A stretch of DNA of 63,939 nucleotides, the filler included, from Octopus bimaculoides (taxonomy: Eukaryota), in the NCBI RefSeq assembly GCF_001194135.2. It is 8 parts of 7 records of this genome, joined end to end, with 100 filler letters (N's around TTAATTAATTAA, not from the genome) between each part and the next. Parts side by side here need not be neighbours in the genome. Positions count along the whole stretch, not along the records: positions 1 to 11,851 come from NC_068987.1; 7 more parts are not named here. The stretch is one strand, 5' to 3'. The notes beneath the pieces are model-generated. The model saw only the letters and a list, made by a program, of their open reading frames with translations. It made no database searches and had not been told where the DNA came from. The position numbers and the translations under genes were made by a program. How positions within the stretch are numbered: position 1 is the stretch's first letter; each line of letters opens with the position of its first letter. Positions 1-11,851 of the stretch are shown here, in pieces.

Positions 1-45
<45 letters not shown>

Positions 46-102
46 TATGTATTTATATATGCATATATATATTTATATACATGTATATACATGTATATAT
101 GC

Positions 103-135
<33 letters not shown>

Positions 136-154
136 AATGCATATATACATATAT

Positions 155-315
155 ATGTGTGTGTGTGTGTTTGTGTCTGTGTGCTTTTGTTTGTACCTCC
201 CTTGACAACCGATGTCGTTCTAATTATGTCCCCGTAACCAAGCCGTTCAGCAAAACACCTAGGGTCGATTTCATGGCTGCAGTCACATGACTGAAACAAT
301 TAAAACAATAAAAAA
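155..315 (+). mobile_element. SINE family A (microsatellite-containing tRNA-SINE), 3' part
   Basis: CTTGACAACCGATG...CCCCGTAAC...GTCGATT...ATGACTGAAACAA matches the 3' half of the complete copies at 13661-14615 and 20752-21163. Confidence 0.75.
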
Positions 316-330
316 CTATGTCATTTTAAT

Positions 331-358
331 CCCGAGCAAAACCGGTAATCTCTGCTAG
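331..358 (+). mobile_element. Helitron-type 3' terminus
   Basis: CCCGAGCAAAACCGGTAATCTCTGCTAG: GC hairpin about 8 nt before a terminal CTAG. The same end occurs at 44426-44453 and 53650-53677 (minus). Confidence 0.55.
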
Positions 359-375
359 GGTAAATATATCTATAT

Positions 376-527
376 ATCAGATACCATCTTGGTTTCTAAG
401 TCAACAAGTCTTCTAACCCCACTGAAATTATCTTTACTCTGGGAGTAGAGGATGAAGAAAGCAAACGAGAGGAAGAAAGCTTAGTACCAAAAGGTAATGG
501 AGTACTGGCGATATAATGTTTGGAGAC
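376..527 (+). pseudogene. HERO-clade non-LTR retrotransposon RLE fragment (decayed)
   Basis: Translates SDTILVSKSTSLLTPLKLSLLWE*RMKKANERKKA*YQKVMEYWRYNVWR, which resembles the HERO RLE pattern PD-x-VL...ELTVPWE-x-RM-EA-ERK-x-KY. Confidence 0.6.
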
Positions 528-650
528 CAATATAATAAGTACCAGGATTACAAATTAAGCCCTGGAGTCGATTCGTTCGACTAAAACCCTTTAAGGTGGT
601 ACCCCAACACAACCGCACTCCAATGAATGAGACAAGTAAAAGATAAAATA
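528..650 (+). mobile_element. SINE family A, 3' fragment
   Basis: ATAATAAGTACCAGG...CTGGAGTCGATTCGTTCGACTAAA...ACAAGTAAAAGATAAAA tail. Confidence 0.7.
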
Positions 651-789
651 TAAAGATATGTGCATTCATAGGAATGAGTGACCCCGTAGACTTGATTATA
701 TCGAGATAAATAAATGAATAAATGAAATAAAAAATTCCCTGTACATCTGGCGGTTGATTCGTTAAGTCACAATGATGAGTTCTATTCCT

Positions 790-1620
790 GCTGCAGAGCG
801 TGGGATTCAGAAAGAAATTTAAATCAACGTAAAGCAAAATAAGATATCCTCGAAACAAATTTATAATACTTTATGACAAGAATAATCTTGGAGTGAATTA
901 TATAGTAAATATTGAGACTAACACAAAGGAATTGAGAGAAGTAAAAGTGAATCTCGTCTTATCAAAATCTTATTGAAGAAAATTCATCAACAACGCATGT
1001 TTTAAAATTAGAATTACAATACCTTACATAGTTTATGAGAATATAGGAACTTCCGAACGTCGACTCGTTCAGCTGGATACAAAATTTACAGTGTTGAAGT
1101 TTTGAAGTTACCACTTTTTTCTACATCTTCTGACATCGCATCAATAAGGTGTTGTTTAGCATAGTTAGTCTGAGAGATAACCGGAAGAACTGGTTCACGG
1201 CCCTTTTTCATAATGCTTTCTATGACTATCTTTCCGGCTGATATGAGAATATCCTCTCCAATCGTGTGTAACATTTGTTTTTGATATTTTAACGGCTATA
1301 TTATAAGAGGTTTATATTTCTTCTTCAGTTATCCGTATAAGAAGGGCATTAAAAAAATTGACACAAACAATGAATATTTTCTTAACCTTTTTTCTCAATT
1401 TCTTACAACATTGAAGATCATTGCTTTTATTATCTGAATTAACCTCCTCAAGGTTGGCTTTAATCTTCAATGGTTTCATTGCATAATTTCCAAATGTCTT
1501 TTCGCTTATCAAACACATAAGCATTGTCTCAATTATGATCAAAGGATTAAAACGAAATTCCAAATGTTCCTGTGAAAATTTGCCAAAGTTGATAGCTTGA
1601 CATGTTATAAAATTAATGAG
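790..1620 (-). pseudogene. hAT (Buster/Charlie-like) transposase fossil
   Basis: Minus-strand remnants MCLISEKTFGNYAMKPLKIKANLE, HTIGEDILISAGK, IDAMSEDVE, KFCIQLNESTFGSS and FRGY occur in the order expected for Buster-type transposases (MKPSKL, HTIGE, QLDEST). Many stops and frameshifts. Confidence 0.6.
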
Positions 1621-3023
1621 CTGTAATACAAATCCAAACATTCTATTCTATAATATGAATACAATAATACATAAACAGGTCTCTTCAAAGTTGGCGTAAT
1701 AAACTTAAATTATGAAGACTATAATTACATTACAATATAATACCGATTTAAATATTTTCTTTTCATTCGAATTGCCAATTTGAGCAAAGAAACATAATGT
1801 GCCACAGGCACGCAGGGGGAAAAGAGAAATACATTCATGCAATAGTAGTCAATTGATTCTATCAATTATTCATTCATACAAATACTTACACACATGTGCA
1901 TATATGTATATACACATATACACATATGCAGACGCGCGTACACATTCACATACACACACTCACACAAACACACACACACACACACACACATTTATATATG
2001 CATACAGGGGAAACAAATATGTATGTCTGAAGCTCTTTAGAGATGTAGAGATAAAAAATGTTAATGGCACTATGTAACTACTGTTTCAAACCAAAGAAAA
2101 TTACATTGATATTCACAAAGCTCAATAGATGAACAAATACTTCCATTGGTAAAATAGACAAATGAAAAAAAAAAAAAAACGAAAATAGTCAGTACAGAGA
2201 GGAAGTGTTGTTTGGTGAAAGTGTACGTATATCATTGTATATTTATGTATGCTTCCATGCATGTGAAATCTAAATATAGCATTGTTTAGCACCATATACA
2301 CACATATTCTAGCGCACAGATGATTAAATATGTACAGATGGANNNNNNNNNNNNNNNNNNNNNNNNNNNNNNNNNNNNNNNNNNNNNNNNNNNNNNNNNN
2401 NNNNNNNNNNNNNNNNNNNNNNNNNNNNNNNNNNNNNNNNNNNNNNNNNNNNNNNNNNNNNNNNNNNNNNNNNNNNNNNNNNNNNNNNNNNNNNNNNNNN
2501 NNNNNNNNNNNNNNNNNNNNNNNNNNNNNNNNNNNNNNNNNNNNNNNNNNNNNNNNNNNNNNNNNNNNNNNNNNNNNNNNNNNNNNNNNNNNNNNNNNNN
2601 NNNNNNNNNNNNNNNNNNNNNNNNNNNNNNNNNNNNNNNNNNNNNNNNNNNNNNNNNNNNNNNNNNNNNNNNNNNNNNNNNNNNNNNNNNNNNNNNNNNN
2701 NNNNNNNNNNNNNNNNNNNNNNNNNNNNNNNNNNNNNNNNNNNNNNNNNNNNNNNNNNNNNNNNNNNNNNNNNNNNNNNNNNNNNNNNNNNNNNNNNNNN
2801 NNNNNNNNNNNNNNNNNNNNNNNNNNNNNNNNNNNNNNNNNNNNNNNNNNNNNNNNNNNNNNNNNNNNNNNNNNNNNNNNNNNNNNNNNNNNNNNNNNNN
2901 NNNNNNNNNNNNNNNNNNNNNNNNNNNNNNNNNNNNNNNNNNNNNNNNNNNNNNNNNNNNNNNNTTCCTTTCCGGAGTGATTATCGGATGACATTTTGAA
3001 ATGGGGTTACATGCCCGAACCTC

Positions 3024-3149
3024 TTCCTTTCCGGAGTGATTATCGGATGACATTTTGAAATGGGGTTACATGCCCGAACCTCTAGGCCTAGAGGTTCGGG
3101 CATGTAACCCCATTTCAAAATGTCATCCGATAATCACTCCGGAAAGGAA
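3024..3149. repeat. Perfect 126-bp palindrome
   Basis: Arm 3024-3082, self-complementary centre TAGGCCTA 3083-3090, exact reverse-complement arm 3091-3149. An extra direct copy of the arm lies at 2965-3023 next to a gap. Confidence 0.95.
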
Positions 3150-3234
3150 TATTCGGATAGAATGGGGTATGCCAAAACTAGGCCGTAACAGCTATATATA
3201 TATATATATAGTTCTATAAGGAGACTTTTGATAT

Positions 3235-3590
3235 AGGTCAGCGGCGTTATTGAGGTAAGGAAAAATTATCAACGACACTGCTAATTGACACATTTGATGC
3301 ATTATTAATTAGCATAATAGAATAGACTGGAAAAACATGGATTACATGGAAAAATGAGAGGAAGAGAAATAATATTCTTAAGATTATAAACCTGGAAAAT
3401 TATAGGACAACTTATTACATCTGGTAAAGTACAGAACAAAAAAATTTTACTTAAAATATTGCAGCTAAGTATAAAATTTGTATATTAAAAATTATCTGAT
3501 TTTAATTTACAAAGTAACATTATAATTAAAAAAGGTACCATCATTTTGTTAAAATATTGACACACTAGAATACTTAAAATTAGGAGCCAG
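3235..3590 (+). mobile_element. Unclassified dispersed AT-rich repeat (also at about 50170-50780, minus)
   Basis: GATTACATGGAAAAATG...ATTCTTAAGATTATAAA...TTGACACACTAGAATAC and TGAGGTAAGGAAAAATTATCAACGACACTGCTAATT are present in reverse complement at 50170-50780. Confidence 0.7.
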
Positions 3591-3930
3591 AAGCAAATGA
3601 GAGGAAGAAAGCTTAGTACCAAAAGGTAATGGAGTACTGGCGATATAATGTTTGGAGACAGGTGTTTGCCGGAGGTTGACAGTTGAGTGTTCGCAGGTCT
3701 TACCTTCGGAACCTTAGTTATTTATGGAATGAGCATAATGTAGAGGCTTCTGAGTGAATGTCTAGATGAATCTGGTTGAAAAGTTGTGATCAGCGCGTTC
3801 TCTAGAAGTCTGCTTGCGTACACGCCTAAGGTTGATGAACCTCGGTCAGATCGCTTGGTTGATGATGTTTGTTGTAAAACCCAAACAACCAGTGATCCAA
3901 CGACACCACACTGACTGCTAAGTATTGCAT
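3591..3930 (+). mobile_element. HERO-clade LINE 3' end (RLE C-terminus plus 3'UTR), decayed
   Basis: RCLPEVDS*VFAG (cf. PIEVGCRGF) and VEASE*MSR*IWLKS (cf. AEKASRWLWLKR), followed by a structured 3'UTR. Confidence 0.6.
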
Positions 3931-4570
3931 CAATAGATGTGGGTTGACAGCATCCATTCTCTCTACAAAATCGCTGACACGATTACAGCATTACGCAAGA
4001 TTGATTATATTGAAATACGATGAAACGATTGTAAATGAAGTATTCAAAATGATTTGCTAACGCCACTCTTCGACATATGTCATTATACATACTCTAAAGA
4101 TATTTGTGTATTTTCAGATAATTAGAGTGGTAGCGCGAAAAATCTCCCCGCTTTCAATTTTCGATAGCCGATATCTATGGCAGTGGTTCATGTTGTAAAT
4201 ACCAGGTTTATATATCCCAACTCACTATACACCTCCCCCACATATATATATATATATATACACACACACATGTGTGTGTGTGTGTGCTCATTTATATGCA
4301 TTTTCACAAGCACATTATACCTATATACACATAATACACATTTGCAAATATAAATATATGTACATATATAATGAATCTCAGAAGTTTTGGTTGTTATAAA
4401 TACTCATAGACATGAAGAGTTACAAATTTATGTACATGTACACACACGCGCACACACATACACACACTCACACTTATGCACACTCATGCATACAAATAGA
4501 TATGCCTCACAAAATACATACATTTTATCACACGAAGTACAAAATAGTATTCATCTTGTCTCACTAGTAA

Positions 4571-4623
<53 letters not shown>

Positions 4624-5247
4624 NNNNNNNNNNNNNNNNNNNNNNNNNNNNNNNNNNNNNNNNNNNNNNNNNNNNNNNNNNNNNNNNNNNNNNNNNNNNN
4701 NNNNNNNNNNNNNNNNNNNNNNNNNNNNNNNNNNNNNNNNNNNNNNNNNNNNNNNNNNNNNNNNNNNNNNNNNNNNNNNNNNNNNNNNNNNNNNNNNNNN
4801 NNNNNNNNNNNNNNNNNNNNNNNNNNNNNNNNNNNNNNNNNNNNNNNNNNNNNNNNNNNNNNNNNNNNNNNNNNNNNNNNNNNNNNNNNNNNNNNNNNNN
4901 NNNNNNNNNNNNNNNNNNNNNNNNNNNNNNNNNNNNNNNNNNNNNNNNNNNNNNNNNNNNNNNNNNNNNNNNNNNNNNNNNNNNNNNNNNNNNNNNNNNN
5001 NNNNNNNNNNNNNNNNNNNNNNNNNNNNNNNNNNNNNNNNNNNNNNNNNNNNNNNNNNNNNNNNNNNNNNNNNNNNNNNNNNNNNNNNNNNNNNNNNNNN
5101 NNNNNNNNNNNNNNNNNNNNNNNNNNNNNNNNNNNNNNNNNNNNNNNNNNNNNNNNNNNNNNNNNNNNNNNNNNNNNNNNNNNNNNNNNNNNNNNNNNNN
5201 NNNNNNNNNNNNNNNNNNNNNNNNNNNNNNNNNNNNNNNNNNNNNNN

Positions 5248-5288
<41 letters not shown>

Positions 5289-5371
5289 ACCCCGTATATA
5301 TAAATATAAAGAAATTAAGATTTGTTTTTTTTTATTTATAAGCCCGAAATGTGTATATTGATACAAATACG

Positions 5372-5503
5372 GTGATAATTTATTTTCGAACGCAGAGACG
5401 TCGTTAGAACAGCAGAAACAATGGATAAATTATCCTTACGTAGCGCAAAAATCTGTCAACAGCCAATGTTTCTGCTGTTCTGCGTTCGAAAATAAATTAT
5501 CAC
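5372..5503. repeat. Miniature inverted-repeat (MITE-like) hairpin
   Basis: GTGATAATTTATTTTCGAACGCAGA...ACAGCAGAAACA pairs with TGTTTCTGCTGTTCTGCGTTCGAAAATAAATTATCAC; the left arm carries a 12-nt insertion. Confidence 0.75.
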
Positions 5504-6074
5504 TTTATTCGTCTCCCCCCTCTCTCTCCCTCTCTCTCTCTCCCCTCCACCCTCTCTCTCTTTATATATATATATATGTTAGTGAGTATGTGTGTGTATG
5601 TGTGTGTGTATGTGTGTGTGTGTGTAATGTATGTCTTCTGTAGTTAATCATTTAAAAGTCCAAGAGGTTTAAGTTCCATGGCGCTATTTCTCTGGCTGCA
5701 CCATCGATACTTAACATCAATGTACGAGCAAGGGTTAAATATGGAGGATAACAACAACGCAAAAGGCGAAACGGAAAACTGCGGATAGATACAAGTAATA
5801 CAGTAATGTAAAATACGTACACACAAATACACACACATATATAATTTACATACAAATATATACATATCTCTATGGTAGTCTTTCGACAAAGTACGGAAAG
5901 AAAACGATACTCCTAAGCAATAACGTGATAGAAACAAGGAAGAAGGAGAAAACAAAAAGTAAAGAGGCGGAATTGGAGTTCAGAAAATAAAAACAGGCGA
6001 AATGCAAGCTAAGCATTTTGCTCGGCGTGCTAACGCGTCTTCCAGCTTCCCGTCTTCACTATCCTAATAATCGT

Positions 6075-6285
6075 TTCAGATTATGGTACAAGGCCTGCAA
6101 TTTCGTGGGAGTGGCTAAGTCGATTACATTGGCTCCAGTGCTCAACTGGAACTTATTTCATCGATCCTGAAAGGATGAAAGGCAAACACGACCTTGCTGG
6201 AATTTGAGCTCAGAACGTACAGACAGACGAAATGACGCTAAGCATTTAGCCCGGCATGCCAGCGATTCTGTCTGCTAGTCGCCTT
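6075..6285 (-). mobile_element. SINE family B (short tRNA-SINE)
   Basis: GGATGAAAGGCAAA...GGAATTTGAGCTCAGAACG...CTAAGCATT is the reverse complement of the family B head seen at 56278-56500. A further partial copy lies at 5960-6060. Confidence 0.8.
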
Positions 6286-6312
6286 ATAATAACCCTAGTA
6301 ATAATAACTAGT

Positions 6313-6698
6313 TGTTGGCACTTCGTCGGTTACGACGACGAGGGTTCCAGTTGAACCGATCAACGGAACAGCCTGTTCATGAAATTAACGTGCAAGTGGC
6401 TGAGCACTCCACAGACATGTGTACTCTTAACGTAGTTCTCGGGGAGGTTCAGCGTGACACAGAGTGTGACAAGGCCGGCCCTTTGAAATACAGGTACAGC
6501 AGAAACAGGAAGAAAGAGTGAGAAAAAGTTGTGGTGAAAGAGTACAGCAGGGTTTGCCACCATCCCCTGCCGGAGCCTCGTGGAGGTTTAGGTGTTTTCG
6601 CTCAATAAACACTCACAACGCCCGGTCTGGGAATCGAAACCGCGATCCTATGACCGCGAGTCCGCTGCCCTAATCACTGGGCCATTGCGCCTCCACAA
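6313..6698 (-). mobile_element. Full-length tRNA-derived SINE (family C) with 14-bp TSD
   Basis: Box A TGGCCCAGTGATTAG and box B GGTTTCGATTCCC (6629-6641, minus). TSD TAATAATAACTAGT at 6299-6312 and 6699-6712. Confidence 0.9.
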
Positions 6699-8240
6699 TA
6701 ATAATAACTAGTAAGACCGAAAGAAAGCACACATTTTATAAATAATTTCTATTTTGATGTATACATTTATGAATTTTCATATAGTTTCATTGTGTTAAAT
6801 ATTTCGATTATGTTCATGTGAAGCGCGCCAGCAATTTTGATCTTTCCCTGTGACGTACACTTTTAACCGTACATCAGAAGTATGCCCGTCATTTTAAACT
6901 CAATACGTGAAGTGCATAAGAAATTTTAAAATTTCCGTACGAAGTGCAGCAGTAATATTAAAGTTTTCATGTGCAATGAGCCGGTAATATTTAAATGGTT
7001 ATGTGATGTGTGCCAATAATATTTAACTTTCCATACGAAGTGTGTCAGTAGATTTTAACTTTGATGTGCTCAGCGTTAGTAATTTATAACTTTCAGTAAT
7101 TTTTAACACTCTCTGAGAAATGCGTCAGTAAACTTGTATTACTTCCACGGATTTTAAAATTTCTGTGGTAAGCGTACCAGTAATATTCATTGTTCCTTTT
7201 AAAATTCGAGGGTAATTTTTCCATCTAAAGTGCGCCTTTATATTTTAAGTGTCCATATGGAGTTTGCCAGCAATTTTTTCTTTGATCTCGTATCTACCAC
7301 GATGTTAAAATGTTTGTAAATTATTAGCAAAGAAGTTTATCAGACATTGGGATGCATAGCGTTCGTATTAAATTTAAATAATTTAATACTATTTAAATTT
7401 AAATAATTTAATACTATTTAATACTATTCCTTATAGTATGTTTCAGGATATGTCAGATTCTGTTGATGTAAATGTGACCCATTGACAATGTGAGCGAGTG
7501 CCAGTAGTTTTTAACATTCCATTTAAAGCGCAACAGGAATTTTAGAATTTCTTTGTGAAATGCACTAATAATTTTTTAACTTTTCCCACATCAAGCCTGC
7601 CAGTATGTTTAAACTCATCACGTGGATTGCCCCACATTTTTTAATATAAAAAAGCATCAATAATATTCAGCTTGCCATGTGAAGTGCACTAATAGCATTT
7701 AACTTTTTATATGTGGCGTCTTAATTATATTTTTTTATGTAAGGTGAGCCCAAAATTTTTAACAGTACGTGTAAACCGCGCCAGTAATATATACCATTCC
7801 ATGAAAAGGGTGCCAGTATTTTTAAAACTTCCATGCGCAGCGTGCGAGCAAATTTTAACTTTAGTATTTGAAATCCACTTGTAATGTTTAACTTCTATGT
7901 GAAATGCATCAGTAATTTTTTTTAACTGTTCGTTTGAAATGTGCAACTAATTTTTAACATTCTATGTGAAGTGCGCCAGAAATCTTTACTATCAATAAGA
8001 ATTGCATCTGTAAATGTTGACTTTCTACGTGAAGTGTGTTTGCAACTTTCCTTTATGATGTGTGTTAGTAATTTTTAATTTCCATATGAAGTGCACGAAT
8101 AAATTTTAGCATTCCTTGTGTAGCGCGCTAGTAACTTCTAACTTTTATGTGAAATGCATCACCAATTTTTAAATTTCTGTCTGAAGAGCGTCTGTGCTTT
8201 GTTACAGAAAATGCCAAGTATGCAAATAATCTTTTATCGG

Positions 8241-8617
8241 TTATCTTTTGCTTGTTCCAGTCATTAAACTGTGGCCATGCTGGGGCACCGTCTTGAAGGG
8301 TTTTTAATTGAGCAAATCGTCCAAAGTACTATTCTATCGGACATTTTGCTGAAACGTTAAGTTAGGAGTAGGTAAAAAAAAACAAAAAAACTCCAAACAC
8401 CTGTTATCAAACGGCAGTGGGAGATAAGCAAAAAGACACACGCACACACACACACACATACACGATAGGCTTCTTTCTGTTTCCGTCTACTAAATCTCTC
8501 ACAAAGCATCGGTCAGCACGGGGGTATAGTTGAAGACACTTGCTCAAGGTACCAAACAGAGAGACTGAACCCAAGGACATATTGCTGGAAAGTAGTCTAC
8601 TTAACCAATAATGTGCC
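8241..8617 (-). mobile_element. SINE family A, degenerate full copy
   Basis: Both halves are present around a (CA)n centre. Confidence 0.8.
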
Positions 8618-8790
8618 AATTAGATTTAACTGTTCTTACAAATCTAATTAGAGATATTTATTTTTTGATGTGAAGTGCCACAAATGTTTTAACTTGTCAT
8701 TTAAAGAGCAACAGCCATATTAACTTCTTATGCGAAATACACCAGTTATTTAAAATTCTCCATGAGAAGTATGGCAGTAATTTAGCAATA

Positions 8791-8935
8791 AGTGCAGGTG
8801 TGGTTGTATGGTAAGACGTTTGCTTCCCAGTCACATGATTCCAGGTTCAGTTCTATTGCGTGGCACTTTGGGCAAGTGTTTTTTCCAATAGCTTCGGGCG
8901 GAACAAAATTTTTTGGGTGATGTGGTTTTGTGTGT

Positions 8936-8980
<45 letters not shown>

Positions 8981-9206
8981 CGTTAGTGCATGTGTATGTC
9001 TTTGTATTTGTCTCCCAATGCCACTTGACAACTGTGTTGGTTTGCTTACGGGCCTGTAACTTAAGTGGTGCAGCAAAATGAGACCCATAGAATAACCCAC
9101 AGGCGGAAAATCTAAGTACTTAGGTTGGTTTGTTCGACTAAATTTCAAGGCGGTGCCTAGCATGGCCGCTGTCTAATAACAAAAACAAGTAAACGATAAA
9201 AGATAA
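8791..9206 (+). mobile_element. SINE family A, degenerate full copy
   Basis: tRNA-like head GTGGTTGTATGGTAAG...GGTTCAGTTC, then TGGGCAAGTG, a (TG)n(GA)n centre and the 3' tail. Confidence 0.8.
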
Positions 9207-10221
9207 ACTTCCCAAGTGAAGAACCCTGTAATTTGTGATTCCCCATGTGAAGTTAGCCAGTAATAATTCACTTTTTACCTGAAGCCCGCTTGTAACTTTT
9301 AACTACATGAAACGCGCCAGTAGTTAGTAACTTAGCATGTGAATAGCACCAGTAATTTGAAGGTATATGGCATTGCCCGCGAACTCATAACAGACGAACT
9401 GTAGACAAGGACCTACACCGCGGACGAGCTGGTCTGCAGAGAAAAAACTTCCAGTGAGGTGGTAAAGGAGACCGGAGCGTAAATGGCCGATCGTACTCTC
9501 TCTCACAATGTAGACGACTGACGTGGAATCGACACACTTTGTGGTTACTTTTATGCATAGCTTAACAAAGGCTGTAAAGGTTTCTTTAAAGTAATCTTAT
9601 ATTTCCTTAAAATAAATATACCATAATCTGCACCTATGATATATTTATTTCAGACTATGTTTAATGACAAAACCGGTTGTCTTGACGTAAATAAGATTCT
9701 CTGATATACGCAGTAACTGTCTTTTAGTAATGTTTTGAAAAACTCTCTGGGATAGGTACGGAAGACTACTGGGCTCTTTTGCAGATTTCATAACTGTAAT
9801 ATTAGGATGATATCAGATATAATTTGATAGAATTTAGTAAAGATCTGAGTGAAAGTATAATCACTTTATACAGTTTTGATATGTCTAACCGTCTATATGT
9901 CGTGTCCCAACATTTAACATCCCACTTGGAATGCGCCTGTAATTTTTAACTGTTTTTGTGACGTCACCGTGAAATTTGAAATTCCTGTGAAATAATCTAG
10001 TAGCTTTTAGTCTTCCATGTAAAATCTGCCTGCACTTTCAAACCTTCTGTCCAAAAAAAACGTTTTTATATTTTAAGTGTCCACGTAACGAGTGCCACCA
10101 ACAATGTTCTATTTGATCTCCTATCTACTATGATGTCAAAATGTTTGTTAACCTTTGCCAAAGACGTTTTTCAGAGACAAGTTTTGTGTAACGTAGTGTT
10201 TGTATTAAATTTAAATAATAG

Positions 10222-10714
10222 CTTTTATCTTTTGCCTTTTACTTGTTTCAGTCATTAGACTGCAGCCATGCTGGGACAACTCTTCGAAGAATTTTTAGTC
10301 GAATCAATCGATCCCAGTACTTATATTTTGTCAAGCCTGGTACTTGTTCTGTCGTTCTATTTTTGCAGAACTACTAAGAAAAGGATACGTAAGCATAACA
10401 ACATCGGTTGTCTAGCGGTGATGGGAGACAGGTATAAAGACACACACACACGCATGTAAATATATATGTATGTGCGTGTATATATATATATATATATATA
10501 TNNNNNNNNNNNNNNNNNNNNNNNNNNNNNNNNNNNNNNNNNNNNNNNNNNNNNNNNNNNNNNNNNNNNNNNNNNNNNNNNNNNNNNNNNNNNNNNNNNN
10601 NNNNNNNNNNNNNNNNNNNNNNNNNNNNNNNNNNAAGGTGCCACGCAGTGGGACTGAATTCGGAACCATGTGGTTTGGAAGCAAACTTCCTACCGTACAG
10701 CCACGCTCGCGCCT
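10222..10714 (-). mobile_element. SINE family A with an assembly gap in the internal (TA)n
   Basis: 3' tail at 10222, (TA)n then the N gap 10502-10634, head ending CCACGCTCGCGCCT. Confidence 0.8.
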
Positions 10715-10730
10715 ATGATAATTTATTTTA

Positions 10731-11851
10731 TCAGGTCATCCCATAAGTCCTGTCCGAATTTTGAATAAAGAAAACAAGTGATTAAATGTTATATTTAATT
10801 GAAATTTAATCATCAATGTACTTTCCCTGATTATCTATGACTTCCTTCCATCTATTTACAAGCTTTTTAATCCCATCAATGTAAAACTGTTGGTTTCAAA
10901 GCGAAGGACTCTGAAATTCAGTCTCGACCTCCTCCGGGCTTGCGAAAGTTATGTCCCTCAAATGATTCTGTAAACTACGAAACAAATGGTAGTCTGAAGG
11001 AACAAGGTTGGGAGAATAAGGTGGATGAGGAATTTTTTCCCAACCAAGCTCTTCGATATTCTGTGATGTAATCTTTGCAGTGTGGGGTCGCACATTGTCC
11101 TGACGAAACATCACTCCTTTTCGATTCACTAAAGCGGATCTTTTTTCTTCAAAGCTTGGTTCAAACGCTCTTATTGTTGACAGTAGACTTGAGCATTGAT
11201 TGTTGCATTAGGTGGTAACAATTCAAAGTGAATTACTCCTTTGTAATCCCACCAGATAGAGAGAAGAACCTTTTTCTCATGAAGTTCCCTTCCTGGTTGT
11301 GGTTGAGCTTTTCCTCTTTTACCAAGCCACTGTTTACGACGCTTAACATTTCGATAGAAGATCCATTTTTCGTCACCAGTCACAAGTCTATCCAATAAAA
11401 GGTGAAATGAGTTCGCGAGAATGGAGAGAAGAGCAGATGTCAACTCGAAATTTGCGGTTGTTTTCGGACAATTCATGAGGCACCCATTTTCCAAGTTTAG
11501 GAACCTTTCCAAATTGTTGAAGATGACAATGAACAGTTGTATGATTTGAACTAAGCTTTATTGCCAATTCTTCAACTGATAATGCAGGATTTTCTTCAAG
11601 TAATGCCTCAAGGAGCTTATCATCAAACTCAACTGGACGTCCTGTTCGATCTTCCTCTTGAAGGCTGAAATCTCCACTTCTGAATTTTGCAAACCATCTT
11701 CTATAAGTTCTTTCATTCAAGCATTCTTTCCCATAAACTGAGTGTATGTTTCGATTCGCTTCGGCTGCAGAGTTTCCTTTTTTGTACTCAAAAAGAATTA
11801 TGTGCCTCAAATGCTCCTTGGATACTTCCATGTTAGAAAGGGTTTTAATCA
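10731..11851 (-). mobile_element. mariner (DD34D) transposon, decayed; other end lies in a gap
   Basis: Putative TIR TCAGGTCATCCCATAAGTCCTGTCCGAATTT starts after TA at 10729-10730. Transposase motifs WVPHEL, TGDEKW, QDNVRPH, YSPNL and PSDYHLF are present; 34 residues separate the 2nd and 3rd Asp. Confidence 0.95.
10896..11831 (-). pseudogene. mariner transposase pseudogene
   Basis: Split over ORFs 11388-11831, 11171-11512 and 10896-11129 by a frameshift near 11400, a stop at 11171 and a further frameshift. Confidence 0.92.

Larger units (their letters stand above)
6810..10220 (+). repeat. Highly degenerate tandem array of about 33-35-bp units, interrupted by SINEs
   Basis: Recurrent unit resembling ATGTGAAGTGCGCCAGTAATTTTTAACTTTCC throughout 6810-8200, 8660-8780, 9210-9350 and 9930-10050. 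Confidence 0.7.

Noticed and set aside
9350-9540. GC-richer island with a 60-aa ORF inside the satellite
   Set aside because: No motif recognised in any frame and no second copy in the window.
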